64,000 nt of DNA from Candidatus Poribacteria bacterium (GCA_965116925.1 OZ220744.1:4128001-4192000); one strand, 5' to 3'; shown: positions 9,539 to 20,006, counted from the stretch's first letter. Translations and numbers: made by a program. Notes: generated by a model not told the origin, from the letters alone.

Positions 9539-10570
9539 TCAGCCGATCAGCCTATTCACCGTGCAAAACGTTCGTTGTGGGTAGATGTCCTGAAGAATTG
9601 AAATTGCTGCATCCGTATAGATGACATCAACACCAGAGTTACCAATCCGAATCATGCCCTCGATGTTCCCACGCATATACGGATCGGTACTCACCGCTTT
9701 GTCCCAAACACTTCCAAGTATCCCACGTGGTTCGATCGCCTTCGGATCATGTCCGAAAGCACACCGTCCAATCTCAAACTGATTGAATAGGAGTTCCACC
9801 TGTGATACATCCTCCCACCAGCGGCGCGTGCCCACCGGACTGTTCAACGAGCCATCAGATGCTAACAACGGGTGCTCAAATCTGCCCGTCCGCCGGAGCG
9901 CATCAAACCGATCGTTTAGGTCGTCGATGCCGTCCTCAAGCTCAATTGGTGGTCCGGCGTGGAAAAACCCCCACTCTTCTTCCCGGTAAGCAACCGGCAG
10001 CTCCTCAATCCATCCTAACGTTCCGTCCGACTCAATGATACGAAGAAATAGAGACCACGCCTCCCAGAGATCTGAGGTAAAGGCGGGATGGTTAAAACGC
10101 CACTGCTGTGTTGCGTACTTAATCAGCGAATCTGAATCGGGAGCGGATTTCGCGACCGCCTGATAAATCTCTGCGATTGCCTGTGTCGAGAGCGGATCAA
10201 TTTGCAGACGCCGCAACCAATTGTCCAATTCCTCGTTTGGCCTCGCCCATGAGGCAATCGTCTGCCAATGTTCGGGATTTGCCAACCATACTTGGCGATG
10301 ATGCTTGTCGTGAACGGCACGGAGTAAGAGAAGTTCGTGGTTGCCAAGAAGCGCGATCACCTGATCGGGAACCTGACGTTCTAGCGATCGGATCAGATCG
10401 ATAACCTGCTTGGAATCGGGACCGCTTGTGACATAATCTCCGAGGAGAAATAGACGCGCCTCTCCACCAACCCACTTATTGTTTTCATCAATTAGCTCTG
10501 CGTGCAGAAGCAGATTGCGAAAAGCACGGTAGTTAGCATGGATATCTGAGATAATATACCATAAACGCAT
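9539..10570 (-). CDS. Calcineurin-like metallophosphoesterase (PPP/ApaH/SLP-like)
   Basis: SDIH, LGDY, GNHE, HAG and GH motifs. Confidence 0.85.
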   Translation of the reverse strand: MRLWYIISDIHANYRAFRNLLLHAELIDENNKWVGGEARLFLLGDYVTSGPDSKQVIDLIRSLERQVPDQVIALLGNHELLLLRAVHDKHHRQVWLANPEHWQTIASWARPNEELDNWLRRLQIDPLSTQAIAEIYQAVAKSAPDSDSLIKYATQQWRFNHPAFTSDLWEAWSLFLRIIESDGTLGWIEELPVAYREEEWGFFHAGPPIELEDGIDDLNDRFDALRRTGRFEHPLLASDGSLNSPVGTRRWWEDVSQVELLFNQFEIGRCAFGHDPKAIEPRGILGSVWDKAVSTDPYMRGNIEGMIRIGNSGVDVIYTDAAISILQDIYPQRTFCTVNRLIG

Positions 10571-10641
10571 AAGTAGTTATACAGAGTAGGCTGCTCTTGA
10601 GAAATTTCTAAAGCGAATCGAGAATTGATAGATATTGTATC

Positions 10642-12015
10642 TCATTTGACATGGCGCATGTAAATATCACCAATATCGCTGCGGGCATCGCTCCACATAA
10701 CGCTTAATTGACCCGACTCGGATTCGACGACATAAGGCGGTTGCTGCACGCCGTCCGCCGTGCATAGAGGAATTCCGTTTTCAGTCCAAAGTGCTTTCCC
10801 CTCTAAATTGATTTTCTGCCCATAGATAGCATCATTGCTCTCATCGCCATAATCTTCTCGAAAATCGAGCCACGCAACAAAAAACTCGTTTTCGCCGTGC
10901 TGTGTCAGGAACGGTTTATCCTGATAGCCTCCAGCGGTGCACAACGGGATTCCATTGGTTCTCCACCGAGGGGTGCCATCAGCACCGATTCGTTGAGCGT
11001 ACAAATCTGAAAAGACATCCCGTTCATCCCGCCAAACGGCTACCACTCCCCCATGTCCATCGCTTGTAATTGTTCGATTTTTCTGAATACCCTCCGCGTT
11101 GCAAATCGGCACACCATTTGCCTCCCAAACCTTGTTCCCCGCTGGATCTATCCGCTGCGCGTAAAAATCATCGTTGATAAAATTCTCGTAGATCTGCCAG
11201 ACAACGATAAGGCCGCCTTGTCCATCGCTCACAGCACGGGGCTCGCCCTGCAATCCTTCCATCGGTGAGACAACCGTTGGTGCCTGCCAACGATGTTTGC
11301 CGTCCATGCCTATCCGACGCACCATGATATCCCACAGCTCGTAACCGATGACCTCCCACCAGACAACGTAGAAGCTATCTGCGTCGCCAGAAACCAACCG
11401 GGGAGTGCTCTGAAGTGCTTCGGAAGGGAAAACCGGGACCCCATCATGTTCCCACATCGGTTGACCGGCAGCGTTAATTCGCTGGACATAGAGATCATGT
11501 AAGTCGGGGTCTCGACGCCGGTCTTTCCAAACGATAACCGCTCCGCCTGATCCATCGCTTAGCATTTCTATATCAGATTGGTCAGCCGGGTGTGTACATA
11601 CGGGAACACCCCCGTCAGGCATCAGCTTATTCCCTGACAGATCTATCGCTTGGGCGTAGACATCCCAATTCCCCGGTGCACGTTGATCCGTCCAAGCAAT
11701 AACTATCTGTGCGTCATTACGCACCAGCCGCAGCCATCGTTGATCCCGCTTTTTCTCGCAAATCGCCACACCACCCTGATTCCATAAGGGGATCCCATCG
11801 GGGTTGAGCCGTTGAGCATAAACATCCCAATCTTTGCCAGTACGGAAGTCCTCCCAGATGACAACCGTTCCGCCAATCCCATCACTGACCCCTCGTGGTG
11901 CAAACTGACCTTGATGGGCAATCGCAATAGGAATGTTCTCTGAAGCACCGGCTAGCATAGAGCCAAACACAAGAAGCGTGCCGAATAACATCGACCAGAA
12001 ACGTGTCTGTTTCAT
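10642..12015 (-). CDS. Secreted repeat protein (WxDxR...DxYAQR repeats, probable beta-propeller)
   Basis: Signal peptide from MKQTRFW; about 7 repeats of roughly 60-65 aa. Confidence 0.75.
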   Translation of the reverse strand: MKQTRFWSMLFGTLLVFGSMLAGASENIPIAIAHQGQFAPRGVSDGIGGTVVIWEDFRTGKDWDVYAQRLNPDGIPLWNQGGVAICEKKRDQRWLRLVRNDAQIVIAWTDQRAPGNWDVYAQAIDLSGNKLMPDGGVPVCTHPADQSDIEMLSDGSGGAVIVWKDRRRDPDLHDLYVQRINAAGQPMWEHDGVPVFPSEALQSTPRLVSGDADSFYVVWWEVIGYELWDIMVRRIGMDGKHRWQAPTVVSPMEGLQGEPRAVSDGQGGLIVVWQIYENFINDDFYAQRIDPAGNKVWEANGVPICNAEGIQKNRTITSDGHGGVVAVWRDERDVFSDLYAQRIGADGTPRWRTNGIPLCTAGGYQDKPFLTQHGENEFFVAWLDFREDYGDESNDAIYGQKINLEGKALWTENGIPLCTADGVQQPPYVVESESGQLSVMWSDARSDIGDIYMRHVK

Positions 12016-12108
12016 GTTTTGCTCACATCCGTATCGTGTTAAGCGCAATCACCGTGTGTAGCAAGGGTCAGCTGGCGATTTTGAAAAACTGCCTTAGCAT
12101 ACACCAAT

Positions 12109-12909
12109 CTACTGAGGCGAATTTGCGGTCAGATCGTCACTCGTTATCGTCGGGCACCAGAACTTTTCTATGTACGCGATGATCAGTTGGGTCCCCTCCT
12201 CGTGGCTGACATAAGGGGGCTTGAACGGATTGTACATTGCGTCAGTGAGATCCCGAACTAGTGCAACGTTGAATTGTCCTGACTGAACCATCGCTTTAAT
12301 CGCGAAAGATCTACCCAGTACACACATATTGGTGTGGACGCCCATGTAGAGTAGATTTTTAATCTCCTTTTGCTTAAGGATGTTATACACCTCTTGACCG
12401 TTGTCGCTGATGGCATCTCCATCTTTAATTTCGATTGCTGGGTGTTGACGGTGCCACGCTTTGAAGCTGTTTTCCTCGCCGGTATCCGAACCGCCATCCG
12501 ACGAATCAACTGGCTGGGGTGGATCTGGGCGTTCAATCAGATCGGGCATTTCTATATGCGGGACATCAAGGACCCAAGTCCGCGCGGGGTGCCCGTCGTA
12601 GAAATCCATCGTATCTGACGGTGCGTGAATAATCTGTATCCCTCGATCCCTGGCGGTATTAACGACAGCATTCATTCGTGGTGCCATAATATCCACACGC
12701 TCTGTTGCACCCCATGACCAGTGTTTGTTCCACATATCCACGATGACAATTGCTGTTTCGGACGGCTGCCAAAGAACTTCCTCTTCGACAACCCGCCAGC
12801 CATTGCGCCCGGTCGTCTTTGGTGCTTGTCGCAAGGTGGTTAATTGCAGCCCATCATTATCGGTGAGCTCACTTGCCCCAGATGCGAAGAGTGGAATATT
12901 GAGTATCAT
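12109..12909 (-). CDS. Isochorismatase/cysteine hydrolase family protein
   Basis: IVIVDMW and GVHTNMCV motifs. Confidence 0.85.
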   Translation of the reverse strand: MILNIPLFASGASELTDNDGLQLTTLRQAPKTTGRNGWRVVEEEVLWQPSETAIVIVDMWNKHWSWGATERVDIMAPRMNAVVNTARDRGIQIIHAPSDTMDFYDGHPARTWVLDVPHIEMPDLIERPDPPQPVDSSDGGSDTGEENSFKAWHRQHPAIEIKDGDAISDNGQEVYNILKQKEIKNLLYMGVHTNMCVLGRSFAIKAMVQSGQFNVALVRDLTDAMYNPFKPPYVSHEEGTQLIIAYIEKFWCPTITSDDLTANSPQ

Positions 12910-12934
12910 TGTGCGTCCTCCTTGCTTCCCGTTT

Positions 12935-14182
12935 TTACGAAATTCCCTTTACCATGAAGGTTGCATATACCTTTGTGGTCTTAACCAGATCTGATACACT
13001 AACCCGCTCGTTCATACCGTGGGCACCCTGTCCATTTGGACCATAACCGACGCCGGGCAGCCCCCCCTCTTCGACGAAGAAATGCAGGTCGGTAAAGCCG
13101 CTTGTCGTACTGAACTTAATTGGCTGACGACGGATGCTACGCACTGCTCGTGCAAATGCTTGAGGAAAGTGATGTTCAGGCTCCACAACGCACGGGTCAA
13201 TCTTCAATATCGAAGCCACGTCTACCTTCATTTCCGCGTCGGATTGACAGACCTCCTCAATTACCCCACGCAGCTCCGCTTCCGCCCCTGCTAGACGCTC
13301 GTTGGGGAGGATTCTCCGATCTATGGAGAAGATTGTCTGTGCAGGAACGGTATTGACCTTATCGCCCTCCGTGCCGTGAAAGATGCCGCCGATGTTAAGT
13401 GTGGGATAGCGGTCATCGCCCGAAAAGGTTTTGAAAGCACGGTCTGACGCTTTTAACTGCTGCTTCAGGGGTTGGATCCCCGTGACGAGAGCAGCGGACT
13501 TTTCAAAGGCGTTCAATCCCTTGTCTGGATTAGCGGCATGAGCTGCTTTGCCGTGAACTTTCACTTCCAACCACAATACACCGTTATGTCCCAAACCCAC
13601 GTTGAGAACAGATCCGCCTTCGCAATTGACGACATAATCTGCCTGAACCCACCCGTTGCGTACGACATGCCCTGCCCCTAGCTCGCCACCAATCTCTTCG
13701 TCGCAAGTGAGCGAACATTCGATATTGAAAGCGGGTTGAACGCCGTTCTCCTGTAGTGCTGCCATCGCAAACAGCAGGGCGGCGATAGAATCTTTCATGT
13801 CATCTGCTCCCCTACCGTAGAGCCAATCCCCGACAATCTCTGGCTTAAACGGATCGATACGCCAATCACCGGAGACAGGCACGACATCGTAGTGAGCATT
13901 GAAATGGACCGTTTTTTCTGCTCCAACGTCCCACCTCGCGATCAGGTTCATGCGCGGATAATCGTCTGCGTGTGGCACAACTGCCTGCGCTTCAGCTTGG
14001 GGGACCGGCACAATCTTTGTGCTCATGCCGAGTGCCTCGCACCGTTCCTGAAGCAGCTGCACGATTTCTGCATAGTTTGTGCCGGGCGGATTCACAGTCG
14101 GAATCCTGACCAATTCTTTCAGTGAATCGCAAAGCTGTGCCTTACCACCTTCGATGTGGTTGTATATCTTCTCCATAATCAC
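12935..14182 (-). CDS. M20 family ArgE/DapE-like metallo-deacylase
   Basis: HYDVV, GRGADDMK, DEE and GAH..NE motifs. Confidence 0.92.
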   Translation of the reverse strand: MIMEKIYNHIEGGKAQLCDSLKELVRIPTVNPPGTNYAEIVQLLQERCEALGMSTKIVPVPQAEAQAVVPHADDYPRMNLIARWDVGAEKTVHFNAHYDVVPVSGDWRIDPFKPEIVGDWLYGRGADDMKDSIAALLFAMAALQENGVQPAFNIECSLTCDEEIGGELGAGHVVRNGWVQADYVVNCEGGSVLNVGLGHNGVLWLEVKVHGKAAHAANPDKGLNAFEKSAALVTGIQPLKQQLKASDRAFKTFSGDDRYPTLNIGGIFHGTEGDKVNTVPAQTIFSIDRRILPNERLAGAEAELRGVIEEVCQSDAEMKVDVASILKIDPCVVEPEHHFPQAFARAVRSIRRQPIKFSTTSGFTDLHFFVEEGGLPGVGYGPNGQGAHGMNERVSVSDLVKTTKVYATFMVKGIS

Positions 14183-14221
14183 TCCCTTTGTGGTCTCGCG
14201 GCTAGTGAATCAGATACTTTA

Positions 14222-15439
14222 CTACTCTATAATTTCCGTTACAACTCCCATGCCAATCTTTACTTCCATCTTCTTGATCTCGAACCGCGTGCCGATTGCT
14301 AGTGCCATCGGCACATCAAGCGAAATTTGCACGGTTGCATGTTCACCCGGATTGATAATCGCAACCTCCGACGAAAGATGGAGATGACCTGTAACGTCAA
14401 TTGTCCAGAGATGGATCTCCGGCTTATCATTCCCAACAAGGGGGATATGCGTTCCACACTCCTCTTGGGTCATCACGTAAACCGCCGCCACAAATTCGGT
14501 GTGCGACTTGATGCTCTTCGGTTGTGAAACAACCTGCCCCGGCGTAATCCACCCCATTTCCGCATCGACTCGGACCTCATCTTCTGTATTTTTACCCGCT
14601 TCATCACGGTTCACGCCAATCGAGGAGGCGGCGTCGGCGTGTCGCAGACCAACGCAGCGAGTCTTAATCCGATCCCCTTTGCCGACGACATCAATCGGGT
14701 GCCCCACCGCTAGACCGCCCTGAGCCATCTCACCGTACAGTGTCGAGGTGCCTTTGGGGCTGTCAATAACCTTACGGATCGGCATCAGCAAAGGCAATTC
14801 AAGTGAATTCAGCGGCTGCGGCATGCAACGATTCATCGCGAAGATGAGATCGACAATCGGTTTCCAGTGATCCGAATTAAGATTTTGTCCCTTATAGTTA
14901 CAGGCTTTCTCCGCGTCGCCAACGATGATGGGTGACTCTTCTTCCGCATAACCGCAATCCGTAAGGATCTCACGGATCTCCATCTCGCAAATCTCGATTA
15001 ATTCTAGATCCTTGACCTTCTCTGCCTTGTTCAGGAAGGTGACAACCGTGGGGACACGAACTTGACTAGCGAGCCGAATCTCGGCTTCTGCTTCTGCCGT
15101 TACACCTTCGACTGCGCTCACCACCAAAATCGCGCCACGAATCCCCGGCGAATCACCGATCAACATCTTGACGTTATCTCCATGACTCATGCCATCAAGA
15201 TGTGTGTAATGTCTACCACTTGTCTCATAATCAACCGCTTTATAACTGACGTAAGTCTGTAATCCTATTGAGTGATGCGTTGGTTGCTGCGCTTCAAAAT
15301 CATCCGCATCCATCTGGGTAGAGCCAATCCGTGAAACCACCTTGATTATTCCGGCAGCCAGCATCGTTTTACCGTGTCCCACCCCGCCAAGTGTGCAGAT
15401 TGTCAACCCTTGATGTCGGTATTGCCTTTTTTCATCCAT
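14222..15439 (-). CDS. Divergent EF-Tu-like protein with degenerate G motifs
   Basis: Colinear with EF-Tu (GHGKT, YET..RHYTH.D, GAILVVSA, FLNK, DVTG, G.GVVTEIIE); start MDEK after GAGGGG SD. Confidence 0.85.
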   Translation of the reverse strand: MDEKRQYRHQGLTICTLGGVGHGKTMLAAGIIKVVSRIGSTQMDADDFEAQQPTHHSIGLQTYVSYKAVDYETSGRHYTHLDGMSHGDNVKMLIGDSPGIRGAILVVSAVEGVTAEAEAEIRLASQVRVPTVVTFLNKAEKVKDLELIEICEMEIREILTDCGYAEEESPIIVGDAEKACNYKGQNLNSDHWKPIVDLIFAMNRCMPQPLNSLELPLLMPIRKVIDSPKGTSTLYGEMAQGGLAVGHPIDVVGKGDRIKTRCVGLRHADAASSIGVNRDEAGKNTEDEVRVDAEMGWITPGQVVSQPKSIKSHTEFVAAVYVMTQEECGTHIPLVGNDKPEIHLWTIDVTGHLHLSSEVAIINPGEHATVQISLDVPMALAIGTRFEIKKMEVKIGMGVVTEIIE

Positions 15440-15907
15440 CGCTTTCCCCTCTGACAGAAATTCTGTGAACTCACTGCCCACCTACTCACTGCTCCAGATT
15501 GAAGATTGGATTGAAAGATGGTATTTGGTATTTTACCATAGAGGAGAGGGCAGAGTCCATCAAAAGAAAAATGGGGTGCGGTGGATCATTAGAGAATTCA
15601 CCTAGATTTGTAGTAGTCTACACGGTAGCAGACACTTAGTGCCTATGCTGCTTGACACTGGCTAAAGCCTCGGCACCCGGCGAAATTTTACTTGCGAACC
15701 TGATACTCGCCTACCGTCACCCCAGCTATGACAGAATTAATCCAGATTTAATGAAAAAACTTGAGAACTCCTAGTGGGAATTTGTGTCTATAATTATAAC
15801 TATACTTGTGCTTATATCGTAATATGAGTAATGTGATCGCATTCGGGGCATTTAGTTTTCAGTTTTTTAACCGATTTTGACGGATAGATAGCAGATTGAC
15901 TCCTACA

Positions 15908-15958
15908 CCGTAGGCGGGGCATCTGGTTTCCCCGCCCGAAGAATTAAATGACCCTAGG
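15908..15958 (+). repeat. GTAG-led REP-like hairpin (related copies near 17303 and 45741)
   Basis: GTAGGCGGGG(C/T)ATCTGGTTTCCC(C)GC recurs three times in intergenic DNA. Confidence 0.7.
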
Positions 15959-16156
15959 TAATTGCATTAGAGCCTGTTGACGAATTGAATCAAATCATGT
16001 AAAATAGATCTGCCAATGTTTTCACCCTAGGACAAATATCCGCTTTGAGGGGTTTTGATGTGGCATTTCAGAAATAATCCGAGTTGCCAACACCAGTTGA
16101 CCTGTATCAGCCCCAAAGGATAAGAAACCAATTTGAGACCAGAGGAGGAAAGACAG

Positions 16157-17134
16157 ATGCAACGGAGATATACGCTAGCACATTTCATTTTAACTGGCGT
16201 TGTAGCCTTGAGTCTAACACTGATGGTAACCGCTGACGCACAGGCACAGATTGCTTTTGTGTCTTATAGGGCTGGTCCCCCTGAAATCTACGTGATGGAT
16301 GCCGATGGGAAGAATCAGCGCAGACTTACGACTAATATCTGGGAGGACTTGCATCCCGCATGGTCTCCGGACGGTGAACGCATTGCCTTCAGTTCCGGCA
16401 GGAATGGGAGAAAGTATGATATCTACGTGATGGATGCCGATGGGAAGAATCAACAAAGACTCACTGAAAACCCCACGCGTGACTCGCATCCCGCATGGTC
16501 TCCGGACGGTAAACGCATTGCCTTCAGTTCCAGAGCGCATGGACCCGACGAAATCTACGTGATGGACGCCGATGGAAGTAATCTACAAAGACTTACTGAA
16601 GATCTTGATCATGACTGGTCTCCCTCATGGTCACCCGACGGCAAACGCATTGCCTTCATGTCCGATAGGAATGACAACTTTTTCGACTTTGGAATCTACG
16701 TGATGGACGCCGATGGGAGGAATCTACAAAACCTCACTGACAACGCCCAGGAGGACTGGTATCCCTCATGGTCTCCTGACGGTGAACGCATCGTCTTCAT
16801 GTCTCGTAGGGATGGGAACGGGGAAATCTACGTGATGGATGCCGATGGGAGGAATCAGCAAAGACTCACTAAACATGCCGAGCATGACTGGTCTCCCTCA
16901 TGGTCTCCTGACGGTGAACGGATTACCTTCGCGTCTGATAGGAATGGGAACTATGAAATCTACGTGATGGATGCCGATGGGGGGAATCGACGAAGAGTCA
17001 CTAAACATCGCCAGGATGACTTTAGTCCTGCATGGTTTACCCCTACTTTTGCAGCTGAAGTTGCACCTTTTGCAGTTGCTCCCGCAGGTAAAAAGTTTAC
17101 AATGTGGGGCTGGTTCAAACAGGGCGACAAATAA
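16157..17134 (+). CDS. Secreted TolB-like PD40 beta-propeller protein
   Basis: Signal peptide; about 6 repeats of IYVMDADG...PxWSPDG; C-terminal FAVAPAGKKFTMWG tail; GAGGAGG SD. Confidence 0.9.
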   Translation: MQRRYTLAHFILTGVVALSLTLMVTADAQAQIAFVSYRAGPPEIYVMDADGKNQRRLTTNIWEDLHPAWSPDGERIAFSSGRNGRKYDIYVMDADGKNQQRLTENPTRDSHPAWSPDGKRIAFSSRAHGPDEIYVMDADGSNLQRLTEDLDHDWSPSWSPDGKRIAFMSDRNDNFFDFGIYVMDADGRNLQNLTDNAQEDWYPSWSPDGERIVFMSRRDGNGEIYVMDADGRNQQRLTKHAEHDWSPSWSPDGERITFASDRNGNYEIYVMDADGGNRRRVTKHRQDDFSPAWFTPTFAAEVAPFAVAPAGKKFTMWGWFKQGDK

Positions 17135-17423
17135 CCACCACTATCACTAAAACTGTCCGGTGTTAAGAAAAACCTCACCGGTACGCTGAATTCAATTACC
17201 ATCAGATGCAATTTGAGTCCATAAAAATATCTGTATTACCGCTATTTTGTCCTGCTAAATTTGTCTTGATACACATAAATCATAGAACCCATGCAGCCAA
17301 CTGTAGGCGGGGTATCTGGTTTCCCCGCACCACTTATGCTGAAATCTGTAATCCTGAATCATAGCTTTGTTGTTACATACAGATCAACGTCTTAATTCGT
17401 CAACACGCCCTAGGAGATTGATT

Positions 17424-19661
17424 ATGCCAACGGATCGAAATCTTATTCATCAAACGCTCAAAGGCAATCTACGGGCTTTCGACACCTTGGTCCAGAAATA
17501 TCAGCCGGTGGTCTATGCCCGGGCGCGGCTTATCGTACAAAATCCGCACGATGCCGAAGATCTAACGCAAGAAGTCTTTATCAAAGCGTATCAAAATCTT
17601 CCAAAACTGCGCGATGCCAGTCGGTTCGCCGGTTGGCTATCGCGAATTGTGAAGAATGTCTGCGTGACATGGATCCACCAGCAGAAGGAAATATCAAAAT
17701 CTTGCCCGATAGACGCGGATCCAATTGCGAGTCTGTCTGCTGCTGAGGCGACGCCGGAACAATTCCTGATGAAAAAAGAGTTGAACCAGACAATCCTGAA
17801 GGCAATTAATTCACTGCCTGCTGTGGATGGGGCGGTCGCGCACGATTTCTACATTGACCACCTCAGCTATGATGAAATCTCAGAGGAACACGGATTGTCG
17901 CATCGTGCCATCGCTAGTCGACTGCATCGCGCCAAACAACGCATCGCTCAGAAAGTCAAGCATTCGTTCAGCGCGTTTGGTATTTTCTGGAAGGATTGGG
18001 GAACATCCATGCTAAAGGGGACGAAAATTATGTCAACCCTTTCGCGTGCTTGGTCTATCTCTTTCGCAATTCACCTCGGTTTTGCTAGTGTCATTGGAAG
18101 TGTCATTGGAGGGTATTTGGTAACACAGAACCAATCATTCAAGGAGTTGACAGGCGTTGAAATCCCTCAAACAGTGAATACGCCGCCCAAACCGCAAGTT
18201 CAGAAACCCGTCATCAAACTCGTTCAAAAGCCGGAGGTGCCAATTGAAAGCACGGTCACCGTTGAACCGGTTAAAGTCCAACAAAGAACGATGAATATGG
18301 CCATGATTGGGGCAAGTACTGTCCAACCGCAGACCATCTCCGCGTTCTCAAATCAAGCCTTGAAACTTAATGCCCCCCTCAACCCCAATGTGCCGGAGGT
18401 GGTCGACCCCAATGCACCTATGCCTCAGAGTGTAGCACCTACGGATGACCCCGCTTCTAATGCACCCGACGCGCTAACATTGTCTTCACCCGTCGTCATA
18501 GGCACAGGTAAAAACGGTGATCGCGTGAGCCGTGGGGTTGCTGGTTCTGGGGGTATTGGCACAGACAGTGGTAGCGGCGTTGAGCGTGGTGATTTCAGTT
18601 TAGGAAATGATGTGAATCAGGCCCGTACCAGAGGTCATGTTGGCATAGGTTCATTGGTAGGCACCCAAGGGGCAACTAACATTGATGACACGCTTTCCAA
18701 TGTCACCGAGAAGGTAGTATTGGGCGGGGGTGTGCCTGAACTTCCATCTGGAAGCCCCGGTGCTATTGTTGTGGGGCGTGGTCTAGATATGATGGGCCGC
18801 TTAAACCTTGCCCGCTTTGAAAATCCGCTTCACCCCTTTGGAGTTGTATGTGGCAGCGGCGTCGGATATTTCCGATTTGGGGCAGGTTTGTCCTATTTAG
18901 TACAATCACTGAATCAAAAGACTAAAATCAAGACCCAACTTGTTGAGGCAGTCCAACTCAAGGATGCGGCACTCTTTCAGACACCGATTCTTTTTATGGA
19001 ACCGATGCCCGGCGGCTCAAAGATAAGTTCAGAACACGAGAAGGAACTGTTCTACTCTCATGGCAATCCAATATGGAATACTGCGCGTAGTAAATACACG
19101 GATGCTGAAGTCCAAAGACTACGGGAGTATGTGATTAATCGTGGGGGATTCGTTTATATAGCGACGCATGGAAATACAGATAACGCAATGAAAGGGACAA
19201 GAAAGGTGTTGCGGGACCTCCTGCCAGAGCATCAACTTGGTCTTATTCCCAATGATCACCCGATTTACAACAGTTATTACTCGCTAAATGGTCCTTTGCG
19301 TTTTCCGCTGCGCAAGATCGGAGCTTTCGGAGCTACCATCTCTCTTCACTTTGGTCCTTACTCCGAGCTACAAGGTATCACGATTGATGGTCGTCTTGCT
19401 GTCTTGGTTGATACCGAGCAGATGATGCATGTGATCGATGGCAAAGTTCAGAAACCCTTCTACGGCAAGTTCCAAAATCAGAATCAGATTTTAGAGGAAT
19501 TTGCCCCCCACGCGGCGCGGCACATGATTAACATTGTGGTCTATGCCATCACACATGGGAATATTTCAGATTACTCCGGTTATGTGCCAGCAGATAAGCG
19601 AGAGCAGCAAAGATTTCCAACCCGTGCGCCGCAAGCCGCAGCAATTAGAGCGGTTGAATAA
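17424..19661 (+). CDS. ECF sigma factor fused to TM, Pro/Gly-rich linker and DUF4159-like domain (Cys form)
   Basis: DAEDLTQEVF, F.GWL.RI and SY.EI...SRLHRA sigma-2/4 motifs; C-terminal domain highly similar to the paralogs at 20059 and 42642; AGGAG SD. Confidence 0.88.
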   Translation: MPTDRNLIHQTLKGNLRAFDTLVQKYQPVVYARARLIVQNPHDAEDLTQEVFIKAYQNLPKLRDASRFAGWLSRIVKNVCVTWIHQQKEISKSCPIDADPIASLSAAEATPEQFLMKKELNQTILKAINSLPAVDGAVAHDFYIDHLSYDEISEEHGLSHRAIASRLHRAKQRIAQKVKHSFSAFGIFWKDWGTSMLKGTKIMSTLSRAWSISFAIHLGFASVIGSVIGGYLVTQNQSFKELTGVEIPQTVNTPPKPQVQKPVIKLVQKPEVPIESTVTVEPVKVQQRTMNMAMIGASTVQPQTISAFSNQALKLNAPLNPNVPEVVDPNAPMPQSVAPTDDPASNAPDALTLSSPVVIGTGKNGDRVSRGVAGSGGIGTDSGSGVERGDFSLGNDVNQARTRGHVGIGSLVGTQGATNIDDTLSNVTEKVVLGGGVPELPSGSPGAIVVGRGLDMMGRLNLARFENPLHPFGVVCGSGVGYFRFGAGLSYLVQSLNQKTKIKTQLVEAVQLKDAALFQTPILFMEPMPGGSKISSEHEKELFYSHGNPIWNTARSKYTDAEVQRLREYVINRGGFVYIATHGNTDNAMKGTRKVLRDLLPEHQLGLIPNDHPIYNSYYSLNGPLRFPLRKIGAFGATISLHFGPYSELQGITIDGRLAVLVDTEQMMHVIDGKVQKPFYGKFQNQNQILEEFAPHAARHMINIVVYAITHGNISDYSGYVPADKREQQRFPTRAPQAAAIRAVE

Positions 19662-19690
19662 CAGCCCTGAAAGATGTGAAGATAGTAACC

Positions 19691-20006
19691 TATAGTGAAT
19701 TCTAAAAATAATAGGACTTACGCACTTCAGTAGGGAACGCAGATCTGCGTTCCCTACGAACCCCTTATGGAATCTCTGTTGTAGTTACCCGATTCATCGG
19801 GCGTTGGGACGAGTGTGCAGAGGCGATAAATCGCCGAACTACAAAACGTTGAGCATTCAACTGCGTAACTCCTAAATAAATAAACATTTTCGCCCCTCGG
19901 TTTCGATCCCCCCGATAAATCGGGGTAAACTAATTATCGGGGCCGGTAGGTGCGGTTTTCAATCGCACCGGTTTGGAGTGTCTCAATAATTCTAAATCGG
20001 ACTTTA
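19691..20006 (-). mobile_element. Family B miniature element (degenerate) carrying a nested family A copy
   Basis: Ends match the reverse complement of the 45286 and 59250 elements (TATAGTGAATTC...; ...GTGTCTCAATAATTCTAAA). Confidence 0.7.
19712..19874 (+). mobile_element. 163-bp miniature element family A, copy 2
   Basis: TIR TAGGACTTACGCA...TGCGTAACTCCTA; AATAA direct repeat on both sides. Confidence 0.85.

Noticed and set aside
14222..15439. SelB
   Set aside because: The protein ends at the EF-Tu domain 3 terminus with no C-terminal winged-helix extension; no selA, selC or selD was seen in the window
16025..16105. Possible c-di-GMP riboswitch upstream of the PD40 gene
   Set aside because: Only a vague resemblance; it lacks the GAAA tetraloop and GCAAA elements
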